Positions 26,130 to 38,868 of a DNA stretch of 64,000 bases are shown in pieces. The translations under genes and the position numbers were made by a program. The stretch is from assembly GCF_004010195.1 (NCBI RefSeq), contig NC_057750.1, positions 10,534,643 to 10,598,642 on the forward strand. Reading direction: 5' to 3'. Position 1 is the first letter of the stretch. Every line of letters starts with the position of its first letter. A model generated the notes under the pieces. It saw only the letters and a program-made list of their open reading frames with translations, was not told where the DNA came from and did no database searches. Source of the DNA: Chiloscyllium plagiosum. Its lineage: Eukaryota.

Positions 26130-26460
26130 TGGTGGCTCAATGGGTAACATTGCTGTCTCTCAGCGCCAGGGACCGGAGTTCAATTTCACCCTTGAGCGAC
26201 TGTCTGTGTGAAATTTGCGTGTTCTCCCCGTGTCTGCGTGGGTCTCTTCCAGATGCTCCAGTTTTCTCCCACAGTCTGAAAATGTGCAGATTAGGGTGGA
26301 TTGGCCATCCTAAACTGTGTTCAGGGATATGCAGGCTAAGCGGATTAACCATGGGAAATGCGGGTTTACAGGGGCAGGCTGGGTCTGGGTGGGATGTTCT
26401 TCAGAGGGTCGGTGTGGACCCAATGGGCTGAATAATCTGCTCCCACATTCTGTGATTCTA
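26130..26460 (+). mobile_element. HE1-like SINE, diverged
   Basis: ggtggctcaatgggtaacattgctg...ttctccccgtgtctgcgtgggt...agagggtcggtgtggac. Confidence 0.8.
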
Positions 26461-29400
26461 TAAAATAGAATGAGGCATCTGGTTTCCCAAAGTATGTAAC
26501 GTCCAATCAAGAGTTGCCACAGTAATTTAGGGAATGCAGCAGACCATTTGTGCATAGCAAGATCCCACAAATTACAATATGGTGATGACCCGATCTTTTG
26601 TTTGTTTGTGATATTGGACAGGACGGGGGTGGGAGGGGGGTGTTGGTGCTGGGCCAGGGCTCTCCAGCTGCTCTTTGAAATAGGTGTCGTGGGATCTTTC
26701 ACAGCCTCCTTGTGTGGATGGTGTTTTTATTTTGGGCTTCTGATGAGTGCTGTCCAATCTTTCTCCTTTTGTGTAGACTGATGGTTGTTCCCTGGTTACA
26801 GTTCCCCAGTGACCTGTGCTGTGATTCCTTTGGTAACAAAGCTTTTCAGCATATAGGTCTTTTCCCAGAGCTTTGGAGCCCGGCTTGAAAGCTGGTGGCT
26901 GTGTGCAGGGTCCCACTGAGACTGGGCTATCCTAGCGCAGTTATTGTGAGCTCTCCTACACTGACAATCTCAAGGTGACCACAGCTATGGACAATGGAGC
27001 AATGGTAGTGTCTTGTGGTGGTCAGGGGGGTGTTTATCACTTACTGGCTGAGATTTATTATCTTAACCCCCACCTGACTTGAGAGAGAAGCTGCTCACAG
27101 GCTGAGTCAGAGAGCTGAAGTGTTTATAGTTGTAGCTCATCATGTCATGAGGCAGGCTTGTGGAGCCAGTTGGCCTTAGTTCCCTTTGTTGCTGTGTTTC
27201 CTGGTAACGGCTCCCTCTAAGTTTCATGCACTCCCTGGTCTTGCAGTAAGCACAAGCGCCACTGAAAAGTCTCAACCTCTAAGATATCACACATGTGCCC
27301 ATGCAAAAGAAATCTTTACAAAACCCTGCACTGAAATGAACAGGTAGTGTACAACCAAAAAATAACAGGTCACAGTTCTCTGGGTTTTACTTCTGAGGTC
27401 GAGACTGAAGCTCAGACCTGGACTCAACTTCCTTGAGAGTCAGTACTCAGTTGGGAGGGATCCAAGATGGCGGCGATCTAACAGGTCTGTCTTGCTGGGC
27501 TCTGCACCATAACTCAGGCGCAGTGGTGTTTTTACCCTCTCCAGCTAAGCTATTTTGAAGAAAATCAATAGCTTAATATTAGTAGAGTTGCTGCTTACCT
27601 TTTTTTTTAAGTAAGTGAAGATGACTAGAGGCAAAGGACAGAATAAATTGCAACAAGCAGAACACCCCCCTCCCCCGCAGTGTTGGACATACCCATGGCT
27701 GCAGCTGTGGCCTCCGCCAAAATCCCAATGGCCTCCCCTACTTGACAAGGCCTGGCTGCAGAGTTCATGAGACTCCGAGAGAAGATCGAGGCATCGTTTG
27801 AAGAGAATCACACCAGGCTTCAGCTGATCTTGGCCATGCTGCAGAGTCTCGGGAAGCGAGTGGAGGAGGTCGAGCAGTGGGCCATGACGTCAGACTGTGG
27901 TCGAGTCCTTGGCGAGACGTATCCAGGCCATGGAGAAGCAAGTACGGACCTTAGTAGAACAGGTCGATGACCTCGAGATTGAGGTCAAAGAAAAAATATC
28001 CAGGTGGTCAGGCAGTCGGAACGAGAGGAAGGCAAGCAGCCAGCCAGCTTTCTCAAAGAATGGCTGCTGCGATTTCTGGGCTAGGGGGCGAAGGCAGGAT
28101 GGGTGCGGATTGAGAGCGCTCACCGGCTGGTGGTGTGCAGGCCCAGTTAGGACTAGTGCCCCCTGCCTGGTTCGGGCCAGTGTCCCCGCCTGGTCCTAGT
28201 GCGATTCCAGTCCAATTGGGACAAACAAAGATAATGGAAGCCTCCAGATCGCTGGGAAAGGATCCACAGGCCCTGCAGGACTTTTCTGCAGCCGTGATCT
28301 GCAAGAGGAAGTCCTTTTGAGATGAAGAGACTGAGGGATCAGGATATTCAATATTCCATCAGGTACCTGGCTGTGCTCCGTTTTAATCATGAAGGGTCTG
28401 TGGACCCCATTGTGGAAAGAATGCCCAAAGTTCCCCAAATACCTCTCTGCAATCCAAGCAATTGGTTGACCTTTGTGTGGATTTGGGGCTGGTGGATGTT
28501 TGGAGATGTCTCCACCCCACGGGTAGGGACTTCACCTTTTTCTCTAATCCACACAAGTGTCACACCAGGATTGACCTTTATCTAGCACCCTCGGTTTTTT
28601 TTAGGTTTGGTGATGTCCTGTAAAATTGGAAACATAGCCATATTTGGAGGTGGAGATTAAGGGCCATGGAACAGGTTCCCGGCATTAGTAAATGGATCAT
28701 TTCATTCTCGAGGACAGTAAGTTTGTTGAGGACTTCGAGTGAGTTTAAAGTGTTCTTGGCTGTCAGTTTGGGTACAGCTATACTCTAGGATATTGCTAAG
28801 GCAGATGCTAGGGGGATAGTTATCTCTTATTCAGCTAGCCAAAGCGACAGCAGCAACATCTGCTTGAGGTGCGGTTGAAGACAGCTGAGACAGCACATAT
28901 TGATAGGCCATCGGTGGCTAAATTGCAGCGAGTCACAGCTCTCCAGGTTTTTTTGAACTCCATGCTCACTCAGACAGCGAAGAAAGAACTCTCATGAAAA
29001 AAAGGCTGTTTGACCATGGGATAGGCCTGGCAAATACCTGGCATATCTGACCAGGAAAAAGCGCGTCCTCCAATCCATTACACCAATTAGAGATGGCACT
29101 GGGAATCTTACTGGTGACTCTGAAAGGATCAATACAGCATTTTGTTGTTTTTACTCTGAGCTATATTAGTCAAAAATGCTGAAAAGATAGGTGGGCTAAG
29201 ATGGAGACTTTTTTTTTAAGGATCTGAATCTTCCAGGTTTGACCTCTGAACAGGCGTCTCCTCTTAACGCCCCCTTGACAATGAGAGATACAGGAGGCAG
29301 TAAGATAGCTTCAAAGAGGGAAGGGAAGGCACCTGGCCCTGATGGTCTCTCGAGTGAGTTCGACAAAGAATTTCTAAATATCCTGTCAGGGCCAATGCTG

Positions 29401-29524
29401 GACATGTACAAATATTCATACAGTCATGACTGCCTCCTGCCACCCCTAAGAGAGGCTAACATCTCTCCCATTCTCAAGAAAGGGAAGACCACGGAGGACT
29501 GTGCTTTATGTAGGCCCATTTCGC

Positions 29525-30598
29525 ATACAGAACTGGCTCAAAGGTAAAAGACAGAGGGTGGTGGTGGAGGGTTGTTTTTCAGACTCTGAGGCCTGTGGCC
29601 AGTGGAGTGCCACAAGGATAGCTGCTGGGTGCACTACTTTTTAATGATTTGTATAAATGATTTGGATGTGAACATAAGAGGTACAGTTAGTAAGTTTGCA
29701 GATGACACCAAAATTGGAGGTGTAGTGGTCAGCGAAGAAGGTTACCTCCAATTACAACAGGATCTTGATCAGATGGGCCAATGGACTGAGAAGTGGCAGA
29801 TGAATTTTAATTTAGCGAGGTGCTGCATTTTGGGAAAGCAAATCTCAGTAGGAATTATACACTTAATAGTAAGGTTCTTGGGCGTGTTGCTGAACAAAGA
29901 GACCTTGGAGTACAGGTTCATAGTTCCTTGAAAGTGGAGTCGCGGGTAGATAGGATAGTGAAGAAGGGGTTTGGTATGTTTTCCTTTATTGGTCAGAGTA
30001 TTGAGTACAGAAGTTGGGAGGTCATGTTGCGGCTGTACAGGACATTGGTTAGGCCACTGTTGGAATATTGCATGCAGTTCTGGTCTCCTTCCTATCGGAA
30101 AGATGTTGTGAAACTTGTAAGGGTTCAGAAAAGATTTTTAATGATGTTGCCAGGGTTTGAGGATTTGAGCTACAGGGGGAGGCTGAACAGGCTAGGGCTG
30201 TTTTTCCCTGGAGTGTCGGAGGCTGAGGGGTGACCTTATAGAGATTTACAAAATTATGAGGGGCATGGATAGGATAAATAGACAAATTCTTTTCCCTGGG
30301 GAGGGGGAGGCTAGAACTAGAGGCATAGGTTTAGGGTGAGAGAGGAAAAATATAAAAGGAACTTAAGGGACAATTTTTTCAGGCAGAAGGTGGTATGTGT
30401 ATGGAATGAGCTGCCAGAGGATGTGGTGGAGGCTGGTACAATTGCAACATTTAAGAGGCATTTGGATGGGTATATGAATAGAAAGGGTTTGGAGGGATAT
30501 GGGCCGGGTGCTGACTAGATTGGGTTGGGATATCTGATTGGCATGGACGGGTTGGACCGAAGGGTCTGTTATTGTGCTGTACACCTCTATGACTCTCT
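29525..30598 (+). mobile_element. CR1/HER1-like LINE fragment nested in the L1 RT region
   Basis: [11 protein letters not shown]...LQQDLD; candidate 5-bp TSD ttcgc/tccgc. Confidence 0.92.
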
Positions 30599-32056
30599 TC
30601 CGCTGTTAAATTTGGACTTGAAAATTTTATCCAAGACACTTGTATTGTGATTGGAGATGATGTTGCCCTATATTGTTAGAGAGGACCAGACTGGTTTTAT
30701 AAAAGGCTGTCGGCCCTGCAATAATATTAGAAGATTACTGATTATAGTCCAAGTGTGTCAGCAACGATTGGTTCAGGGTTTGGTGATGTCTTTAGAGAAA
30801 GCATTCAGTTGGGTGGAGTAGCCATATCTTTTTATAGTCTGGAACGGTTTGGTCTAGGTGAGGTCTTTGTCAGATGGGTGGAGGTCCTGTGTAGGGCCCC
30901 TCTGGCTGCAGTTCTCACCAACGGTGTAAGATCCAGTAAAGTCAGTAGTTTAGGGGCAGTTGGCAAGGTTGTCCCCTTTCACCACTACTATTTATGTTGG
31001 TGATTGAGCTGCTGACAGAGGCTATCCGTGAGGACCCTAATACAGCTGCCCCGTAAGTGGGATCAAGGGCACACAAGATTACATTATATGCAGATGATGT
31101 TCTCCTCTTCTTACCAAACCAGGCAGTTTCTGTACCCCGTTTAAAACAATGTATTAATTTATTTGGCTCTTTTTTTTGGGGGATAAAGTATCAATTTTGC
31201 AAAGTCAGAGGCTATGCCCATGGGAGGGGGAATCTTAAGGGAATACCTGATATTGAAGGTGAATTACAATTGCAGTTACCTCAAGGGTTGGGAGGAGTAG
31301 ACTTCCCAGAAATTAAGAGATACCAACTAAGCTCCCTTCTGTCCTTCGCAAGTGACTGGGCTTGTGAGGACCCGAGATCAATATGGTTGGATATCAAGGC
31401 CTCCCAGGCAAAGTGCCCCCTTACTAGTCTGTTGTTTATGGGTAAGATGAGGACCATTGTGGAAAACTGTCAGGATCCAGTCATTATTAATACGGTCAAA
31501 GCATGGAGAGCAATGGGACAGAGTGAGGGTAATTTATCTAAAACCTCTTTCTTACCTCTATAGTTGGTTCTCCGGGATTCCGGCCAAGGATGATGGACCC
31601 TGGATTCAAACTGTGGGCAACCAGGGGAGTCTCCTGTTTGGGAGACCTGTTTGAGGGGGTGGTCATGATATCCTTCAGTCAAATGAAGCACCAGTATGGA
31701 TGCCCATGCAATTGAAGGTTCTTTATAGAGTTTATTTAGCTCCAGATTGTCTTGCGAAATTGAAAAAGGCAGCATCTCCAATGTGTCCTGAGTGCAAACT
31801 AAGCACAGGTACCTTCACTCATTGTTTATGGCCACAAGCTTCATTGGTAACGGAGTGCTGTGACTGGAGTAATAGCAGGGGTTGGGGAGCAAAGTGAAGG
31901 TAGGCCCGGTCTCTCCTCTTGGGCTTGCCGCATTTATCTTCCTTAGACGCACATGGGAAAAGGCTATTTAACATTCTCGCTTACTATGCAAGGAAGAACA
32001 TTTTGATGTGCTGGTTGTCTGAGAACCCTCTGGGCCTGTTGGGGTGATGAAAGTTA

Positions 32057-34280
32057 TTGAATTGCATTTATTGTCACGTGTACTGAGGCACAGTGAAAAG
32101 CTTTGTCTTGCGACCAGTACAGGCAGATCACAGAGTTACGTAGTTATAAAAAACAAAAAACACAGGTACAGGCGAGTGCTAAGAGTTTGAGTCCATTCAC
32201 TATTCTAACAACAGTAGGGTAGAAACTGTTTTGAAACCGGCTGCTGCGTGTGTTCAGGCTTCTGTACCTTCTCCCCGATGATAGAGGTTGTAGAAAAACA
32301 TTGTCAGGGTGGGATAGATCTTTGAGAAAGTTCTGTTGGCCTTTCCTTGACAGCGGGCCTGGTAGATGGGTTCTATAGATGGGAGGTTGGCCTTTGTAAT
32401 TGTCTGGGCCGAGTTCACCACTCTCTGTAACCATCTCCGATCTTAAATGGTACAATTGCCATACCAGCTGGTGATACATCCAGACAGAATGCTCTCGATG
32501 GTGCACCTATAAAGGTTGGCAAGGGTATTCACTAGCATGCCATATTTCCTCAGCTGCCTGAGGAAGAAGAGACATTGTTGGGTCTTTATAGCCAGTGTGT
32601 CCACATGAAGAGTCCAAGAAAGATTGTTGTGGATGACCACTCCCAAGAGCTTGACACACACCATTCGTTCCACCTCTGTGCTGTTAGTGTAGGGGGGGGG
32701 GGGCATGAGTAACATCCTGCCGAAAGTCAATAATGAGTTCCTTGGTTTTGCCAGCATTGAGTGCTAGGTTGTTCTCAGTGCACCATTTTACCAGATCTTC
32801 CACCACCTGTCTGTAGTCTGTTTTGTTGCCATCTGAGATTCGACCAACTATGGTGTTGTCATCAGCGAACTTGTAAATGGCATTACTTTGGTATTTGGCG
32901 ACGCAGTCATGGGTATACAGTGAGTACAGTAGGGGGCTGAGTACGCACCCCTGGGGGGTCCCAGTGTTGAGTGTTAGTGAGGATGAAATATTGTGTCCAA
33001 TCTTCACTGATTGTGGCCTTTGGTTCAGGAAACTGAGGATCCACTTGCAGAGAGTAGGTCTTAGTCCAAGATCACTAAGTTTAGTAATCAGTCTTGAGGA
33101 GATAATAGTGTTGAAGGCTGAATTGTAGGCAATGAGTAGGAGTCTTACGTAGCTGTTCTTGGTGTCAAGATGTTCTAGGGAGGAGTGAAGGGCAAGTGAT
33201 ATGGCATCTGACGTGGATCTGTTGGTCCAATAGGCAAATTGGAGTGGGTCAAGAGTAGTGGGGAGGCTGGAGTTGATTAATGCCATGACCAGCCTTTCAA
33301 AGTACATCATGACCGTCAAAGTTAGGGCCACTGGGCGGTAGTCATTGAGACGTGCTGCATGAGCCTTCTTCGGCACAGGGATGATGTTTGCCCTATTGAA
33401 ACAGGCAGGGACAGTGGCCTGCTGGAGGGAGAGGTTGAAGATGTCCGAGAAGACTTCTGCCAGTTGATCTACGAGTGCTCCGAGTGCACAACTTGGTACT
33501 CCATCTGGTCCCACTGCTTTCCTTGGATTCACACGAAGGAAAACTGATCTGATCTCTGATGCAGTGACTGTTGGGATAAGTTCATCAGGACTTGTTGGAA
33601 TAGGTGTTACCTCTCCGCTGAAATTCTGCTCAAAGCGAACATAGAAGGCGTTGAGACGATCTGGGAAGTGATGTCATTGTCTGCTATCTTGCGCTGTCTC
33701 TTTTTAGAATCTGTGATGTCATTCAGTCCTTGCCATAGACACTAGTTTGAAACAGTATTGGTCCTTGGCTGTCTTCATGGCTTCGTGGCGGTCATACTTG
33801 GATTCCTTATATTTGAGTGGGTCTCCTGATCTGAAGGCCTCACACCTGGTTTTTAGCAGGTTCTATATGTCCTGATTCATCCAGGATTTCCTGTTGGGGA
33901 ACACATGGATTGACTTCCTCGGTATACAGTCCTCCACACACTTGCTGATAAAGTCTGGGACGGTGGTGACGTCCTTGTCCAAGGTACCTGCGGCCTGTTT
34001 GAACATGGCCCAATCAGCCAATTCCAGACAGCACTGGCGTTGATCCTCTACCTCCTCCGACCAGCACTGGGCCTGTATCCGCGAGCGGGGGGGGTCTCCT
34101 GCTTGAGCTTTTGCCTGTAAGCCAGGAGAATAAACACGGTGTTGTGGTCAGAGTTTCCGAAATGAGGGCGGGGGATGGAGCGGTAGGCATCTTTCACAGT
34201 GGTGTAGCAGTGGTCTAAAATGTTTGGGCCCCTGGTGGGGCAGGTAATGTTCTGGTGGTATTTGGGCAACACCTTCCTTA
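32057..34280 (-). mobile_element. Rex1/Babar-like non-LTR retrotransposon, 5'-truncated, nested in the L1
   Basis: ORF 32684-33532: KAVGPDGV...LNDYRPVALT...DPLQFAY...TGTPQGCVLSPLLYSLYTHDC...KFADD; endonuclease end CPTRGPNILDHCY...SDH at 34048-34272. Confidence 0.88.
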
Positions 34281-34629
34281 ATTATGGAACGCACTCCTGT
34301 GGATTTCCTCACAAACACGGTGCACTATAAAACAGAACTTTTTAATAAGACTTGGCAGCCCTTTTTGAGTTACTTGGATGCAGATTTGTCTGCTATTTTA
34401 ATTGGGGCATTTGTTTAGCCACAATGATTAGGTTTAGTGAGCCTTGTGCACTGGGAAGAAGAATCCCGAATAAATACGGGTGTAATAATTAATGCTTCCG
34501 AAGATTGGGAGCTTCAGTGTGGTTACGCTGAGTGGTGTTATTTATTTATTCATAGATTTGTAATGAGTGTAGTTTTGATTTGTAGAGTATGGTAGTAGTT
34601 TGTTTGTTGTAATTGTTATAATTTTTATA

Positions 34630-34900
34630 GGGGCGGCACAGTGGTTCAGTGGTTAGCACTGCTGCCTCGATTCCAGCCTTGGGCGACTGTCTGTGTGGAG
34701 TTTGCACATTCTCCCCGAGTCTGCGTGAGTTTCCTCCCACAATCCAAACATGTGCAGGTTAGATGAATTGGCCATGCTGAAGTGCCCATAGCTTTAGGTG
34801 CATCAGTCAGAGGGAAATGGGTCTGGGTGGGTTACTCTTCGGAAGGTCGATGTGGACTTGTTGGGCCAAAGGGCCTATTTCCACACTGCAGAGAATTGAA
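34630..34900 (+). mobile_element. HE1-like SINE in the L1 3' region
   Basis: gggcggcacagtggttcagtggttagcactgctgcctc...cctatttccacactg. Confidence 0.85.
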
Positions 34901-35238
34901 TCTCTAATTTTATAATTTTGTAAAGAAAAAATTTCTTAATAAAAATATTTTAAAATCTATTTGAATATTTCTCACTATTGGGGAAATGATGGATGTAAAA
35001 CTCAGTTTTGTTTGCAGTGAGGGATATGTTTGTGAGGGTCTGCGTGCACATGCTGTCCTCTACCAACTGTGGGTGTTCCTCCGTTTACTAACACTTACCA
35101 CTTTCTCTTCCACCAGAATCTGTGCTGTGTTTGGGAAGAAGGGTGCGTTGCTAAGGATCCTGTCATTGGGGTCAGGCTGGTGCCTCTCCAGTGTCTTTAA
35201 GTGAAACTGGGTTTTCCTCAGAATATTTTGGTACCAAT

Positions 35239-35284
35239 ATGAATGAAGTGTCAGTTGTCAAGGAAGGATGGCTTCAGAAAAGAG
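35239..35284 (+). CDS. AKT2: AKT2 coding exon 1 (46 nt; start codon; MNEVSVVKEGWLQKR/G)
   Basis: ccaatATG at 35239 with A at -3; donor AG|gtgagt after 35284; upstream acceptor ctttctcttccaccag ending 35116. Confidence 0.95.
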
Positions 35285-37657
35285 GTGAGTGTGATGTCTA
35301 GCATCGGGGATGCCACCACATAATTACAGAGTAAAATTGATGTTTCCCAACATCCCAGAAAACTCCCAAGTTGGTGTCTCTGATTCTTTCCCCCTTCCAC
35401 CCCCAAACCCCAAATACAAATGCTCTGTGATTGCTAGATGTAGATTCATCTGTCACCTGCTTACAAAATGCAGTATTCCTTGCAAAACCTGCACCCATAT
35501 TGATGTGAACCTTAAAAGCTGCAGCCTTTATGCTTTGCAACTGGGTCTCAAGCTCTCACAAGGACCTTAACACTTGAAGTCAAGGCCCATGATTAAAATA
35601 AATTTAAGTCCTCACTGGTGCATGGCATTATCATTATGACAGGTTGACCATGTCTCAGTGTATGTAGAGTGTTGATGGCCACAATTGTGTTTTTGAACAT
35701 TAGCAATTTTTAAATGAATGTAACCTAGTTTTAAGTTTGCAGTGCAATACTGATGTTGCCAGTCTGACATAGTCAAAGAACCGGCTGTGGTCAGTCCCAT
35801 GCTTAGTTAAATTTATTAATTGCTAGCATTTACTGGTCCTACACCATCCTAGTGCATTCAGGATATTGCAATCTTTACTGCAATAACCCATGATAAGAAG
35901 TTAAGGTTTCTTGAGTAGCCCCCTTCCAAACCTCTCTCCTCTAGCACTTAGACATACAAGGGCAGCCGAATTTACTTACAAATCCTTCTAATTTTGAGCA
36001 CCTTTAGTCAGATCTCCTCTTGCTCTGTATACTAATGAGAGTCCTCCTGGCTAAAGTTTCATATCACGGGTATCACATCAATACTGTCTGCCTGTTTTGG
36101 TTTTCCTTTCTAAAAGAGTGCGTGCCCAGAGATCATGCTAAATATTTTAGTTGCTTTCATGTCAATGATTTATATCAGGTGCTCAGGAAAACTGTATTTA
36201 TATTTTTTAAAACTGCTTGAACAACTTGTCATTTTACTTTTACATGTCTGTTTATTGAACTTCGCTTAAAGATTTTTTTTGAGAACTCTGACCTCTTGGT
36301 TTCCTTTACCCCACCATTGCTGATCCTTGATATTAGTTACCCAGGTGCTAAAGCTCTGGAATTCTCTTCCTAAACCTCTCCACTTGTCTTTCCTCTTTTT
36401 GAGATGCTCCTTAAAATCTACCTTTTTGACCAAACCTGGGGTCATTCGCCCTAATATCTTGTGTGGCTCAGTATCAGATTATGTGGGAGTGCTTTAATGA
36501 AGGACCTTGGGATATTAAGCCTTGATGGGACAAGGTAAAGGTGTTCTTTTTTTTGTATGTTCTCTAGTTCTATTCAATTCCCTAATGTAACGTAAAATAT
36601 TGGTGATTTGGAGGTTAGGGAGGTAGTCTGGTAGAAGTGGGGATCAATTTTTTTCTCCTCTTAATCTTTGATGGCACATGGGGGTGAGGCCAGCATTGGT
36701 TCCCCATTCCTAATTGCCCCTTTAACTGAATGACTTACTAGGCCATCTCGGAAGGCAGTAAGAGCCAGCCACACTGGATCAGGACTCTTGTAGACCAGAC
36801 CATAAAGACCCCATAAGTTAAGGGTGGCAGATTTCCTTACCTAAAGGACATTAGTGAATCTGATCCATTTTTACAGTTGTCACTGATAATTTTATGGTTG
36901 CCATTGCTGCAACCACCTTTCAATTGCACATCTTTGAGCATGCATTAGACCGGGTCTCTGAATTAGCTATCTAGTGACGTGATCAGGATGCTGCCATCTC
37001 CCACATGCTGGGGAGAGTAATACCAAATGTGCACTGCCAACAGTGTGTGTGAGAACCACAAGATCTAAATCTCATACAATTGGCTGACGCTGACCTGGGT
37101 TGACTTGGGACCACTGCAGTGTCCTAGTCTAGCTGGCTGTGCAGCAAACCTATCCACAACCTTCCAGTTCTTGCTCCCTTTACACTCCAGCCCACAACAT
37201 TGTGTTCCTCTCCATCCCCTTGGTCAGTAGACCCCAGGCATAAGCTCCTTTATCCCTCTGAAATGAGGTTGCAGTATAATGCTCCAACCTAGACTGAACC
37301 AGTGATTTATAAGCATCTTGTATACAGCATAAATGTCATTCTTAGAAAGCCCTTACTTTTGTATCATATGAGATGTAATCTTAAAGATGCCAAAATATAT
37401 TAAACCCCTCTTTGCCGCTCTCTTGGGCATTTGTTATCTCTGTCCTGAGCCTGCCCACTCTCTCCAAATAGGCTTATATCTTCAATTTTCAACAACACAG
37501 AGCAGTGACTATATTGAATTTGCTGACTAAGCTCTTGGTGTGACTTTTTATTTAAGACTGGCTCATTAGCTGTGCCCCATGAATGGCAACTGTGCATTCA
37601 CTGTGCCCACCTCTCTCCTTTTTAATTAAAAGATGACAATTCCTTGATCTTAGAAGG

Positions 37658-37889
37658 TTCAAAGTTTGTGCGAAGATTTGTAGCTCGGGTGCTCGTTGTT
37701 GTGGTTCTGTTCGCCGAGCTGGAAGTTTTTGTTGCAAACGTTTCGTCCCCTGGCTAGGCGACATCATCAGTGCTTGGGAGCCTCCTGCGAAGCGCTTCTT
37801 TGATGTTTCCTCCGGTGTTTATAGTGGTCTGTCCCTGCCGCTTCCGCTTGTCAGTTTCAGCTGTCCGCTGTAGTGGTTGGTATATTGGG
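37658..37889 (-). mobile_element. Young Penelope-like insertion (family C, Poseidon-like) with hammerhead; 10-bp TSD
   Basis: TSD tcttagaagg at 37648-37657 and 37890-37899; near-identical to 38555-38752. Confidence 0.85.
37737..37770 (-). ncRNA. Minimal hammerhead motif
   Basis: Minus strand gca-CTGATGA-T-GTCgCCT-agcc-AGGgGAC-GAAAC-GTT-tgc. Confidence 0.65.
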
Positions 37890-38185
37890 TCTTAGAAGGC
37901 TTGCTGGAAAATGGAGGTCTTCCGTTCAGTGGGAGCTTCTGGACCAGTCAGTGAATATAGCTGGTTATCCAAATGGTTTACCAAAATGAGTTCTCTTAAA
38001 CAGGCGTAACCCATTACCTAGTGATGCCGTGAGCATAAACCCATCCTCAGCTGTGTGAGGGCTGGCATGCAGTCCAATTTTTGCAAGTCTTAAAGTGCCA
38101 TTTGCCATAGGCGCACAGTGGTAAGGCCATTTGACGTATGGAGTGAAAGTTGATATAACCTTGCTCATCTCTTTCTCATTTGCAG

Positions 38186-38314
38186 GTGAATACATTAAAA
38201 CCTGGAGGCCAAGGTACTTCCTGTTGAAATCAGATGGTTCTTTTATTGGCTACAAGGAGAAGCCTGAGAGCGCAGATCACTGTTTACCACCATTAAACAA
38301 CTTCTCTGTAGCAG
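38186..38314 (+). CDS. AKT2: AKT2 coding exon 2 (129 nt; PH domain [11 protein letters not shown]...LNNFSVA)
   Basis: Acceptor tttctcatttgcag, donor gtgagc; phase 1-1. Confidence 0.97.
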
Positions 38315-38556
38315 GTGAGCCTTTGTTGGCAGTGACATATTAGTTGAAGTGTCCACCTCTAGCACACAACTTCCTCTTCCAAGTCATACAATATCCTAAT
38401 GTGGTAACATGCTGTTGTTCCTTTGTGGTTGCTGCATCAAAATTTTAGAACTCCCTGCATGAACAGAGTTGTGCAAGTGACTCGCTGACGTTTCTCATTC
38501 CTGGCAGGATCTCTCTCTCTTCCCCCCCCCCCACCCCCCCCAAAAAATGTGTAACG

Positions 38557-38868
38557 TTGTTGTGGTTCTGTTCGCCGAGCTGGAAGTTTTTGTTGCAAAC
38601 GTTTCGTCCCCTGGCTAGGCGACATCATCAGTGCTTGGGAGCCTCCTGTGAAGCGCTTCTTTGATGTTTCCTCCGTTGTTTATAGTGGTCTGTCCCTGCC
38701 GCTTCCGGTTGTCAGTTTCAGCTGTCCTCTGTAGTGCTTGGTATATTGGGTCCAGGTCGATGTGTTTGTTGATGGAGTTTGTGGATTCGTTTGCAACAAA
38801 AACTTCCAGCTCGGCGAACAGAACCACAACAACGAGCACCCGAGCTACAAATCTTCGCACAAACTTTG
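38557..38868 (-). mobile_element. Young Penelope-like insertion (family C) with inverted terminal segment; 12-13-bp TSD
   Basis: TSD aaatgtgtaacg at 38545-38556 and 38869-38880; minus-strand STNSINKHIDLDPIYQ resembles a PLE GIY-YIG C-terminus; hammerhead at 38598-38631 (-); inverted segment 38788-38870. Confidence 0.85.

Larger units (their letters stand above)
27453..34955 (+). mobile_element. Degenerate but 5'-intact L1-clade LINE with three nested insertions
   Basis: ORF1-like coiled coil (LGKRVEEVEQ, ARRIQAMEKQVRTLVEQVDDLE); APE-like DVWRCLHPTGRDFTFFS; GKAPGPDG; RPIS|LLN split by a CR1; QTGFIKG; QGCPLSP; LYADDVLLFL; C-terminal KTWQPFLSYL near 34330-34375; A-rich tail aataaaaatattttaaaa. 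Confidence 0.85.

Noticed and set aside
32684..33532. 282-aa RT ORF as an active element or domesticated gene
   Set aside because: Frameshifts and stops on both sides and 5' truncation; a decayed Rex1/Babar copy
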